The notes beneath the pieces are model-generated. The model worked only from the letters and a program-made list of their open reading frames with translations. It did no database searches and was not told where the DNA came from. A stretch of DNA of 63,192 nt, counting the filler, from Octopus bimaculoides (Eukaryota), in the NCBI RefSeq assembly GCF_001194135.2. It is 10 parts of 7 records of this genome, joined end to end, with 100 filler letters (N's around TTAATTAATTAA, not from the genome) between each part and the next. Parts side by side here need not be neighbours in the genome. Positions count along the whole stretch, not along the records: positions 6,130 to 31,656 come from NC_068985.1; 9 more parts are not named here. The stretch is one strand, 5' to 3'. Of this stretch, positions 11,993 to 24,428 are shown piece after piece. Both the position numbers and the translations under genes were made by a program. The number at the start of each line of letters is the position of its first letter. Position 1 is the first letter of the stretch.

Positions 11993-12396
11993 CATGTATG
12001 AGCATATATATATGCGTGTGTGCAATCATTTGTTCATAAATACATAAATGCGCGCGCACAAACATACACACACATATATAATAGTAAAATAAACAGCAGG
12101 TACAATGCTTCACCAATAAGGAGAATAATAATTGTCACTAAATGTGACTAGGGGGTTAAGAAACATTTACATTGCTAGAAATACGACCTAAAATGCTCTA
12201 ATGTTGTAGTTAACACACCTGAATGATCTTTCATACACTAACAGAGACCTGAATCATCTGAAAAATGCCGAACGCGAATTCTTAATACTGACGTCAGTTT
12301 CAGCAATTTCTATTTGGCTAATCAGTTAAACCCGATTGATTCCTGGTAACATGCCACATATATACACATGCGCGCTCGCGTGTGTGTGTTCTTGTG

Positions 12397-12506
12397 CTCT
12401 TTTACTTGTTTCAGTCGTTCAACTGTGCCCATACTGAAGTACTGCCTGAAATAGTTTTTAGTCGAAGAAATCGTCCCCAGGACTTATTCTTTGTCAGCCT
12501 AGTACC

Positions 12507-12511
<5 letters not shown>
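12397..12511 (-). mobile_element. SINE family A 3' tail
   Basis: TTTTACTTGTTTCAGTC...GTCCCCAGGACTTATTCTTTGTCAGCCTAGTACCTATTC; truncated by a (CT)n(AT)n tract. Confidence 0.75.
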
Positions 12512-12564
<53 letters not shown>

Positions 12565-13844
12565 NNNNNNNNNNNNNNNNNNNNNNNNNNNNNNNNNNNN
12601 NNNNNNNNNNNNNNNNNNNNNNNNNNNNNNNNNNNNNNNNNNNNNNNNNNNNNNNNNNNNNNNNNNNNNNNNNNNNNNNNNNNNNNNNNNNNNNNNNNNN
12701 NNNNNNNNTATATATATATATGGGCGCGCCAGCGTGTGTGTGGGTGTGTGGGTGTGTATGCGTATATGTGTGTGACAGAAGTGGCCGGTCGCCGCAGCTA
12801 GCGCCTATCCTCCAAGGACCCTTAACACCACTGGGATGACACTTCCATGCTGTTTATGTTTGAGACAATAGTAGAATGATGAAAGTGCCCGAAATGAAGA
12901 AGGAATTCATCAAGTATGCATGTATGGATGTAAGCATCCGTGTATTTATACATGTACGTATGTTTGTATGTATGTGTATGTATGTATGCATATGTATTTT
13001 CTGGGTATGACTTTAAACTGCATCTTGTAGTTGTGCCTGGTACAGAAGTTCCACAGATTTGAAGAGCGTGGAAGCACCTCTTAACAAATATTTATTCCGA
13101 AGTCTGCTTTCACCCGAAGTAATAGCATTTGTTAGGGCTCCGACTATGGGTTAAATAGCATGTCAACTAAGCACTGCGTTACCTTCCTTCCTTCATTTAC
13201 GAAATCTAGAACAGCGTCTGTGACAGCATCCGGCGGCTGCCTTGGTTTCACACCTTCTGCGTCTTTCTAAAATTCGGTGGCAAGTTTTGTGTATTATATT
13301 GCTATTGACCAATACAGGACAAATTCAAAGGGATGGCTGCAGAGGTGCCTCACCACATTACCGTGTGCGCAGCACCTCGTTGTAGCTTGTCCCAAATCTA
13401 AGTCACCTTGGATCTCTCCTTGACATTGCACCGAACGTGGTATGTCACATGGTGCTGTGAAGGTTTACACCCACTTCTTATCACTGGAAACGAATCTTTG
13501 AGAAGAATTTGATCCATCTCGACCTTCGTCTTTCATTTTCCTTCTCTTATTTTTTCTACTCCCAAGGTCATTGGCGATGAAATGCTGGTGACAGAGTTAA
13601 GAATAGTTAATATTGGAAGCCACTAGCTGGAAGTTTGCACAATGGCGGCATGAATATGATGGTCGCTGACATCTTCACCAGCAGACAGCAGGTTTCTTTG
13701 GTCTAGCTCATGTTTCTAGGCAGCGCAATTTAGGGAAGTAATTGCCTACCTTAATCCGAAGAACGGCCTAGAAATAGTGGACGAAACAACGGTTGCCTTG
13801 TTCTATGAGGCAAAGGAAACCGCACGTGACAAGTGACCCTTCTA

Positions 13845-14115
13845 ATGTGGTCGAAACTTTAAAAAAACCGCTAATTGTTCCTAACTCAGATCAACCTCAT
13901 GGTCTGGTATCATCGGAGCTGAAACGCTACAACTTGGACATAGAATCTCTTAGTGAGACGTACTTCTCAGAGCAAGGCTTTCTCACTAAACAAGGGGAGG
14001 AATACACATTCTACTGAAAGAGCGTCTCCGATGGCAACAAGAGAACTCATAGAATGGATTTCGCTGTGAAGATCTGTATAGTAAATAAGATGACAGAACT
14101 ACCGAGAATGCTATT
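13845..14115 (+). mobile_element. RTE/BovB-like LINE apurinic endonuclease N-terminal fragment
   Basis: NVVETL...HGLVSSELKRYNLDIESLSETYFSEQGFLTKQGEEYTFY*KSVSDGNKRTHRMDFAVKICIVNKMTELP matches ELARYNIDIAALSETR...G.L.E.G.GYTF.W.G. The GC-richer stretch from ~13230 may be its 5' UTR. Confidence 0.85.
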
Positions 14116-14789
14116 AATTACAGCATACAAGAAGGTTCTCTATAGATGAATCTTTATGACGAGCAAACATAGATGAAAGTCCTCCCGCTTATCACTAATA
14201 CTTTTTTTGTAGTAACTAGAACTACATTATCTAACTTTGTTTTTTAAGACGATGCAATTTAATTTACAGAAAGTAAGCAATTCAAATATTGGCATAAATG
14301 TGTTGGTTATTAAAGTTTTACTTCGCATAATTCGTGTGGTGAAGTATAAAATATCATAAATTTAAAGAACTGTCTGTTGCATTAAGGTGCCATGCCTCCA
14401 GAGAAACAAATTGTGTTGTGAGAGTTGTGTTCGTTACGACTGCAGTGATTCACACTGCTGAAAAGTTAGCTTTCTGTCCATACAATTTCCCGCATACTTC
14501 CATGACTGAGATAATCTTTAGTAAATATAGTTGTTTTAAAATATGCCTCAAAGTGGTCTGGGTGAAACATGAATTCGTACTGTGTCAGCTTCTGATTCAG
14601 CACCTCTTAACCCTCTCAGCCACTTCGTTTTCTAAATCCATGTAACATCGACGGCACTTACGATAGTGATTTGGATTAAGTTTGACAATATTTAGTCAAT
14701 ATAATCTGTCTGTATTATGCATTTCAACCTGACTTTGAGTTTATGTTTATTTCCTTTACCGCTGTCAATATAACAGCACAACAACAAAA

Positions 14790-14873
<84 letters not shown>
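14790..14873. repeat. (ACT)n microsatellite
   Basis: Pure ACT run. Confidence 0.95.
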
Positions 14874-16031
14874 GTGGTGGTAGTAACTTTGCTAATATTA
14901 TCTCAGTCGGTTACGAACTCTACAGTGCATAATCCGGTCTGGTGGCTAGACAGACAATATCGATATCGAAGGTATTTGTCAAAACAATAACATTAAAAAA
15001 TGTTGTTTTTTTTTTCCACCTATACTTTAGAACTGTGTGATGAATGGACACGTCCGACATCTGATTCTTGTATCAATACAATAGTTGTAGAGATGTAGAA
15101 ATAATGAGCAAATCTGTCAAGAAGACATAGCTGCAAAAGCACATCGTTGTACTGTTTAGCTGTGCAAGGCATATGAATAATGAGATATTACGAGTGGAAT
15201 AAAGCAGAGGAGCTATTTCTTTATAGCAGCAGATGTGATAACAAAGTTAAAATGTAACTTAATAAAATTAGAAATGTACAGAGGACTCTGTATCTCTAAA
15301 AAGAGTTTTCAAAATATTGTTCACTCTAGCATGAAAGAATAATTGTTATATAAAAATATCGCATCTAGTTTGGAGTAAACAAATAAAGTATATACGTTTT
15401 AGATAATAATATACATTTCACTGTCAAATGCCAAATCTGTTTTGAGGTCTAAATATAATTTCGAATAGACAATGACATGGCTACAATATCCTGTCATGTT
15501 TAATAAATATTAGTACTTAAGCCTGTCCAGATGTAATTGCGTTGATAGAAACGATAGAGTGTATCGTGTATTCAGCAACAATACGGCGGCAGAGTAGATT
15601 AGAAGCCATTTGCAGCCTGCCATCAATGTGATTTGGATACTCGCTACAATTCAAAATCGAAATTTTCGAATATAGTATGTACAATAATTGGAAAATATGT
15701 AGTGGTAAATATAGAAAAAATAGAAAATACATTTGTAGTTTATCAAACGAAAAATACTTCCCCATTTTTAAAATAATTAAAAAATCACAGAAAACTGTGC
15801 AAAAATAAACAACGAAGATAGTGAATAGTGATTTTTTAAGAAAAATGCGCTTTGTATATGTGAATGATGTGTGCGTGTGGATGATGATGATGATGTGTGT
15901 GTGTGTGTGTGTGTGTGTACATAGTTCAATATTGTTTAAAGTTGTCTGTAGATACATATCTTAGTCAATCACATTCCAATTTAGCCCGATGTTCAAACTT
16001 TTGACAATACATATCAAAACAAGAATGTGAA

Positions 16032-16196
16032 GAGACGTTAGCACGCCGGGCGAAATGCTTAGCGGTTTTTCGTCTGTCTTTACGTTCTGAGTTCAAATTC
16101 CCTTGATGTCGACTTTGCCTTTCGGGGTCGATCTAATCGACTGACCTCCACCCCCAAAATGTTGAGCCTTGTGCCTAGAGCAGAAAAGAACATTAT
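16032..16196 (+). mobile_element. tRNA-derived SINE family B with internal deletion
   Basis: GTTAGCACGCCGGGCGAAATGCTTAGCGG...GTTCTGAGTTCAAATTCC (B-box-like)...CTTTCGGGGTCGATCTAATCGAC; homologous to 48944-49142. Confidence 0.85.
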
Positions 16197-16428
16197 AACC
16201 ACTCTATATGTCAGGTTGTCAACAACTATAATTGCTTACTGTTGTAGGTATATATGTCATCAGTTATAAACATTAGGTTTGGCTGCGTTTTGATTGGTTA
16301 CAGGTTATGATAGTTTGTATAGATTTGAGTATAATTAGATATACAAATAGTGTATATACATATAACTGAACGTTCCTGTGTCTTAAAGATCTAGTTGCGA
16401 GAAGGAGTTTGGAGGTGTATGCCGAACG

Positions 16429-16475
<47 letters not shown>

Positions 16476-18196
16476 GTAATATACACTCTTAGTCGCATTC
16501 AGCATGTATGTTGAAGAATACCGATATTCCACTAGCACGGTTATATGATAGTTTAAATAGGATAAGAACGTATGTTCGATAGCACGATGAAAATATCTGT
16601 GGAAGTAAATTTAAGAAGTCATGTTTATTCTGAAAATATTATTTAGTTTCATCATACTGGGTTGACTGTATTTTCTCGTATAGACAAAAGCTTGAATATA
16701 TCTCCAAAAGGGTGCATGCAACTTAATCTTAAACTAATTTATTTTTCCTTATCAACTTACCATCAGAATTCGCACGCATTATACAAAAGAGAAGAACGGA
16801 CTCGGTTTAACACCAATCGTTTATTTATAGAAAGTAGTAGAAATATAAACAGTGAATTCATCACGACATATTCATGATGGAAAAATTGTAGCACGTATTA
16901 TATATGAAGTAAACATTTAAAAAAGGCATCTGTCGCGGGAATGACGAAAGGATAGATTTACTTAGTCCGTTAAACTACACTAACAGGTTAATAATAGCAT
17001 GACATAAGTTCATGAAGAATGAACAATGCAAAATAGCAATGCAGAAGTGAGTGACAAGGTCCCCTGTGACAACCAAGTGCCACTAAATAGTTTCCCAAAT
17101 ATCTGGGTTTAGGTAACTGCCGTGAACCCGACTCTAGACGCCTGTCTCCATTAAAAAAGAACATCTCCATAGAGGCTAGAATCTGTATAGGAACAGTAAG
17201 ATTGACCAATGGAAAAGTGTAAGACATTTAGAAACAAATGGCAACTGACACGAGTATTACGTCATGCTGCTGCTGCTAAAGTATGTAACCGCTACAATAT
17301 ATATGTATGTATATATGCACGCTAACACGCATGCACACACGCACGCACACATGCATGCACACATCATATAGTCTAGAAATACGAAATAGTTGTGCAGACA
17401 TTGATTTAAATCCGAAAACAACATACTGACAATTACAAATGGTTAATGATATTAAATAACCTTAAGCGAGAAAATATACATAAGCAGTGTAGTAGCATAA
17501 ATGTATATTATATGTGTCTGTGCATACACATAGATATAGTTATAGACATAGATATAAATATATACATATATCAGAATCATGTAAACTTACATAATTACTC
17601 GTTATTTAATTCATTTACCGAATTGTGTTATGATACTGCAAAAATTAATGTACTTAAGTCAGGTTTTGAAATATGAACAGGCCTTCCCCTAAATAAATTT
17701 TGTTAATAATAGTTGATATTTTTTTATTGGTAATAGTTGACATCACAATTTATTTTCCAGAGTTTCGGCTTCATTGAGCTAATGGCAAAATTATGGCTTT
17801 CTTTAAGAAGCATCTAAAGGGTCTAAAGCAGTGTTTCGGTGTGGCCGTAGTCTTAAGCTTTGGTTATTGCTTTACAATATTTAAATACAATGGAGTTTGT
17901 ATAAACGTTGGACGAAATTGTCTGTGGTAGTCTTTTGTGTCTTTTCCTTCCGGCTGAAAACCTGCGGAAATTTTCTTTGATTCTCTTCCCTTCTAACCTA
18001 TAAATATGCAACTTGAACCAATGGTTCGATTTCCTTAATAGATTCCTTCACCAAAATGATTGGTCATATATCTATATTAGAAATAAGTGTCATAAGGATT
18101 TAAGAAACAGGCACAACATTTATTAAATATGAATCGGCAGTAATGCGTAAAAAAAACTCAACACATTTCTTCATTTATTTCGCTCATTCGACACAG

Positions 18197-18355
18197 GAAT
18201 AAAATGCCAGGAAGTAGAAAAGTTGACTATTTATAACCCGTATACAATCACGGAAAGACAAGGTCGAAATATTTAGAATTTGAACATAAAATGCTTTAAG
18301 AAAATACGGCAAAGAATTTTGTTCAATGCTCACATAGAATCCCCAAGGCTGCTAA
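18197..18355 (-). mobile_element. Highly diverged SINE family B copy
   Basis: GAAAGACAAGGTCGA...AGAATTTGAAC...AAATACGGCAAAG aligns loosely to the reverse complement of family B. Confidence 0.5.
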
Positions 18356-19499
18356 ACAATCACACAGTTTAATATTGCAGTTAATAGTAGGAAAGGTGAT
18401 AACTCAATATCGGTTATAACTTTGAGGGTCCTTGCTATTAGATATGAATCAGGTATAAAGGAGTGGACAATGTTATATCTACAAACCTTAAGGTGTAAGA
18501 GAAGAAAATGTTTGGTAATATTTCGAGTTCGTCACCTTTGTAGAGACAGTAACATTGCCTTTATGTAGGTGATGTAGTCTGAATATTCAAGGATTGCACA
18601 GAGAGAGTAAAAAAAGTGGCGACGTGGCTAAGTGGCAACGGTCATACATTGGAAATTTTGTCACACATAATCGTTGTTCATAAAATCCATAACGCGTATC
18701 TCATTATGTTCGTTTGATATAGAAATAGAAATTAAAGCAGAAAAGGTGACTATTTTTAACGAGTATGAAATCTTCAGGATATAGAAAATTGAGAACGTAA
18801 CTACTGTACCAATTATTGTAAGAGAATTAGCGACAATTAGGACATTGCAAAATAGATGGAGAAGATACACGTAGACAGTGAAATAAAGCTATTGCAAATA
18901 TTTTGCATATTGGGATCAGCTAAACATTTTGTAGGGTACTCGATAGTTATATCCACTTAAATAAATGGAAAAGGTAAGGAGGAGCCTGCTTGATATGTAA
19001 GGTTACTGGCTGTAGCTCACTATCAAAGCAGAAATGCGACCAGGTTATCAGAACCGACCTGTGAAACAAGCAACGAAGGAAGAGGAAGCGGTTGAGGGTA
19101 AACATGATGAAGATCATCATCATCAACAGCATCATCCTTATCGTCATTTCTTTTATTAGCTATAGGCATGATGTACTCATGAAAGTACAAGGATAAAAAA
19201 TATGTACACAAATATGAGATTTACATTACGAAGAAATTTCCGCAATATGTGCTGCATGGAAGTCATGAAATATGCGCTCACGCAGTTGCTTTTTTTTTTT
19301 TTCTACTGAGTGTAAACACAACGAGATTCACCATCTCGTAATTCTCACCTACCTTTTATTGAAGAAAGTAGGATGCAATACTTTCTTTTCTACTCGCGCA
19401 ATCTTCTTCATGTTGTAATTGAATCAGTGGATAAGTCATTAGCCAGAGTTGAAAATACCTCTCTTCAAACCTATTTTCCAGGTATTGTCTGCTGATAAT

Positions 19500-20050
19500 T
19501 TGCACGAAATGCACCCATAATAGTTCCCCGTCTCATGCTTAGAGTGATTCTGATATTTCTGCCTGAATGTATGTCAGCCTCAGTGCATTCATGCATATCT
19601 CCAAATACGAATTCTAGAGACAACCACGTACTGGGTATTGTCCGTTGATTGATTTATTGACCTGTGAAATCTGCCTCTTTTGAAAGAACCGAACAAAAGT
19701 GCTCCAGCCAGGAAAAATATCTGTTCGGGAAGGCTACATCAATCAAGAAGTAATGTGTCACCAAGGCGATGTATACTTTAGGCATTCCACCCGATAGTTG
19801 AGGTACGGCTTCCTGCCAGCGCATTCCCGCATGAAACCACCCAGTTCATATCAATCTGGATGTCGACAGAGATCATTACTGGCCGGCAGCGACTTGTCTC
19901 AGTAGCTGTCAACTTGCGATCTCACCTACGCCTTCCGGCTCATGAGTGCTCCCAGCACACTTGAGTGCTGACAGTAGACCATACCTCAAGTGTGGTGTAC
20001 ACCGTTTCTATCTCTGAAATGTCCCTCCCCACAACCGCACACCGCCAGTG
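19500..20050 (-). mobile_element. Possible very old RTE-like LINE remnant
   Basis: Only short motifs in different minus frames (GMRWQEAVP; SLPEQIFF) resembling IRWQDRVPN and RLPKQIFY; locally elevated GC. Confidence 0.25.
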
Positions 20051-21680
20051 ATGCATTCTAGCACAATTCCTTTCAAGGGAGTGGTCGCAACAGTTAAAAC
20101 AGATAGGAGAGGCGAGAGAATATATTCTAATCCCACAGAGCGCTAGCTGCTCAATGGTTATGCAAGCTGGTCATTTAATGTGACTCTGAAACAAATGTCG
20201 CGTTATATATGGAAGCTAACATCTGAAGACTAGTCCAAAAACCACTGATCTTGGGACATCTTTCAAGAAGCGATGGTCGACTTATGAATGCTTTGGACAT
20301 ATTCATTGTGACCAGTGCTTGCTAAACGCAGACCTATTTCTGCCCCAATGAATGATGTATCGGACAAGGTACCGCAAATAACACAAGTTTGTGCTTTACT
20401 GACTATAATACAGAGACTTCAAGCTAAGATTTAAATTAAGAGATAATCAAATGTCAACACTGCAGATATTAGAGGTGACACACAATTTGGCTTTGAATTT
20501 CGCAACCTGAAATGTAGTTGGTATTTGTTCTGCTTGCACTTATGTGAGAAGAAGAAAGACTATAATAAGGAAGCGGTAAAATATTTAAGATTATGGCTCT
20601 TATTGATGTTATTTTGTTGATGTGTCCTGGTCAGCTCTAAGTGAACAAACATACGATTAAAAAAGTTTTAACAATGTTTACACCATATTATTTTAAATAC
20701 AGTTTACAGTGAATATTTTACGCTATCTATTGTTCTTTTGCTCTTTTATAACTGCAGCACATGAAATATCGAACATTTAGTTTCTATTTAGTAATTTCAC
20801 TGTTGAAATCTACCGACGGTAGTCGATCTTGAGGTTAGTTAAATTTTATTGTAAACGAATTAATGATTGAAGTTGATTTAGTTATCACGTGCATAAAATG
20901 ACAAAAACTCCAAAAAACTGCAGTTAATATATATCGGGAGATATATTTTTTGCACTTCGATACTACACTCGATAATTGTGAAAGATGGAGAAATTAAAAT
21001 TTGTTAGGTAAAGAGAATATGGGTTTGCCAAGTTTAAAATGTCCAACTTTCTTGTAAAAACAGATTCTATTACGATTAATAAATCGGAGGGGAATAGGCA
21101 ATATCAGTAACCGTTGCATAGGATTGCTGGTGTTGAAATCATTAATATTTAGAATGAATTTTTATTGGTAAATATGTGATGGTATTTGAAATGATATCCG
21201 AGTTGACACGCACCTATATAAAACACAAGAGAAAAACAAAAAGACAGAGTGAATAATGTTTTGTCCAGAATTAGAAAGGAAGTGTGATATGGTGCAGGAA
21301 TGGATGCGTAAAATGAGTGATATAAGAAATCGAGAATATCATTCAGTGTTAGAAAATAAAATCTCTCGATTTAATTTAATATCCAGCAGTCATGAATATA
21401 ATCAGTTAAGATATCAGAAATATAAAAATATATGTTGCTGTGTCTTGGTAGAATTACTTTGTTTTGTGCCATATCAAGTATCTTGCAAAACATATGCAAT
21501 GATGGAATATCAGAAAATTTATTCATGTTACGAAGACCTGAAGAAATATTATTCCGCTCAAGAAAATTAATATATCTGTAAATATAATAATGAAACAAAG
21601 TTGTGCCACCATTGTGTACGAAAACACATGACACTCATATATACATATATACTAACAGACTAGCAAGCACTTGCACAGGC

Positions 21681-21723
<43 letters not shown>

Positions 21724-22720
21724 ACACACACACAAACAAACACACACACACACAAATATATATACTTATCCATACAAACATACATATGTGCAAGTACACA
21801 TATGCGCACAGACAAGCGTCAACAGAGACATACACAGCGTATCTGTGTATGTATGTATACATAGAAAAACAGAAAGATTTATATATATATATATATATAT
21901 ATATATNNNNNNNNNNNNNNNNNNNNNNNNNNNNNNNNNNNNNNNNNNNNNNNNNNNNNNNNNNNNNNNNNNNNNNNNNNNNNNNNNNNNNNNNNNNNNN
22001 NNNNNNNNNNGTGAAAGCACGTGGTTGGATGTATAAAAGATAAACAAGAGTGAAAAAACTGCAAAAGGCTTGTGTTACATGGTTAAAGTATATATTTAAG
22101 TCGTTATGTCATAAAAATGTTATAAAATTTTGAGTATAGAAACATTGTATTTGGAGAAATAACCGGTTTCGTGTTTTCTTTTCAAATTTCTCTACCTGTA
22201 TCGTAACATGTCTTCGCTCCATTGTCACTGGAGCGAAGACTTGCACACCTTAANNNNNNNNNNNNNNNNNNNNNNNNNNNNNNNNNNNNNNNNNNNNNNN
22301 NNNNNNNNNNNNNNNNNNNNNNNNNNNNNNNNNNNNNNNNNNNNNNNNNNNNNNNNNNNNNNNNNNNNNNNNNNNNNNNNNNNNNNNNNNNNNNNNNNNN
22401 NNNNNNNNNNNNNNNNNNNNNNNNNNNNNNNNNNNNNNNNNNNNNNNNNNNNNNNNNNNNNNNNNNNNNNNNNNNNNNNNNNNNNNNNNNNNNNNNNNNN
22501 NNNNNNNNNNNNNNNNNNNNNNNNNNNNNNNNNNNNNNNNNNNNNNNNNNNNNNNNNNNNNNNNNNNNNNNNNNNNNNNNNNNNNNNNNNNNNNNNNNNN
22601 NNNNNNNNNNNNNNNNNNNNNNNNNNNNNNNNNNNNNNNNNNNNNNNNNNNNNNNNNNNNNNNNNNNNNNNNNNNNNNNNNNNNNNNNNNNNNNNNNNNN
22701 NNNNNNNNNNNNNNNNNNCC

Positions 22721-22764
<44 letters not shown>

Positions 22765-23074
22765 CGTAAAATAATAGAGTTAATGTCTAATCATAGAGTA
22801 AACCAATGGTTCCGCATTCACAAGACTGTAACCTCGCAGAGAGTCACTAGTGACTAGTGTCTAATCCGAGGACAAATTTTCAAGTCGGAGAAATCACAAT
22901 TTTATTTTTTTTTCCATCGAGGAAAAATGTGATTTGTTGATATACGGGCAACACACACACATACAAACAAGAGCGTACAAAAACATGAATGCAATTGGTG
23001 TACGTACGTGTGTATATGTGTGTCTGTGTGTGTATTGCCCATATATATACATACACACACACACATATATATAT

Positions 23075-23349
23075 ATATATACTTAAGACTTAGTTGTGAG
23101 ATCTGAACATAACCTCTTCTGACACAGAGAATCAGCAAAGAGGGGTTAGATGATGGGGGTGTTTTCAAAGGGCTGGCATGTGTAACCTGATCACATCTGT
23201 CGATCAAACTCCCAAGCCATGCGCTCCCATTGTGACACTGATTCTGCCCAAATTTGACGTCGATGTTACTTAATTTGGTTTGAAATAAAGAATTTGATTA
23301 GCTTAATAATCCTAACTTAATACTGGGCAAAGCCAGGCTATACTGCTAG
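23075..23349 (+). mobile_element. Probable non-autonomous Helitron 3' end
   Basis: Short stem CTGG(G)C-AAA-GCCAG at 23323-23336, then 9 nt, then CTAG (23346-23349) followed by T, which is the Helitron 3' signature. The 5' boundary is a guess. Confidence 0.5.
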
Positions 23350-24127
23350 TACACACANNNNNNNNNNNNNNNNNNNNNNNNNNNNNNNNNNNNNNNNNNN
23401 NNNNNNNNNNNNNNNNNNNNNNNNNNNNNNNNNNNNNNNNNNNNNNNNNNNNNNNNNNNNNNNNNNNNNNNNNNNNNNNNNNNNNNNNNNNNNNNNNNNN
23501 NNNNNNNNNNNNNNNNNNNNNNNNNNNNNNNNNNNNNNNNNNNNNNNNNNNNNNNNNNNNNNNNNNNNNNNNNNNNNNNNNNNNNNNNNNNNNNNNNNNN
23601 NNNNNNNNNNNNNNNNNNNNNNNNNNNNNNNNNNNNNNNNNNNNNNNNNNNNNNNNNNNNNNNNNNNNNNNNNNNNNNNNNNNNNNNNNNNNNNNNNNNN
23701 NNNNNNNNNNNNNNNNNNNNNNNNNNNNNNNNNTATTATTATATCCATAGGCCGATATTTTTAGTATGAAGTGGTAAAGAGTATGATGCGCTGAAAAAAG
23801 AGAGAACAGTACTTGAAGTGTAGTTTCATTCCAGTAGTAAATATCCGTGTAAAATCCGTGTAAAGTAATCCTTGTGGGGATAATCCGGAAATAGATGTTA
23901 GAGTGAAGGCTGGTACAGCATAGATAGCAGAGGTGAATATATGCCATACTGCGATGGATTTTTGCTTGTTTACTTGAAGAATGGCCAAAGTCAAGTGAAA
24001 AATGAGCGGTAATTAGGTCAAGTCATGAAGACAGAATGTGAAAGGGGATAGAGGAGAGATAGAGGTTGAGGATGGCAGCGGTATATTTTAATGGTCAGTT
24101 GATCTATTACATAACCCTACTGCTACA

Positions 24128-24428
24128 TATATAGGTGCAACTAAACACTTTAAACATCGCTACGCAGTCCATATGCACTCTTTTAGATACGACAAACACA
24201 GTAAATCTACATTAGCCAATCATATTCATCACCTCAAAAGCAAAAAATACCCAATACACCTTAAAATGGTCCATCTTAGATTCCGGAACTCCATACCAGG
24301 GCCAGCGCTCCAACTGCAAGCTTTGCCTAACGGAGGCGTTCCATATTTTAAAATACAATTCTCCCACTCTACTTAATCGATATAACGAAGCGTTTAGTAA
24401 CTGCAATCACCGCTCTTTCTACACATTT
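24128..24428 (+). mobile_element. Penelope-like element GIY-YIG endonuclease C-terminal region
   Basis: YIGATKHFKHRYAVHMHSFRYDKHSKSTLANHIHHLKSKK...(frameshift) WSILDSGTPYQGQRSNCKLCLTEAFHILKYNSPTLLNRYNEAFSNCNHR matches YIG.T...FK.RY..H..SF......T.L...IW.LK....KW.I.....Y.....C.LCL.E...I.....LN...E....C.H. Confidence 0.88.

Noticed and set aside
18661-18870. Hydrophobic minus-strand ORF resembling transmembrane helices
   Set aside because: T-rich strands produce F/L/I-rich frames by chance; no splice sites or family motif.
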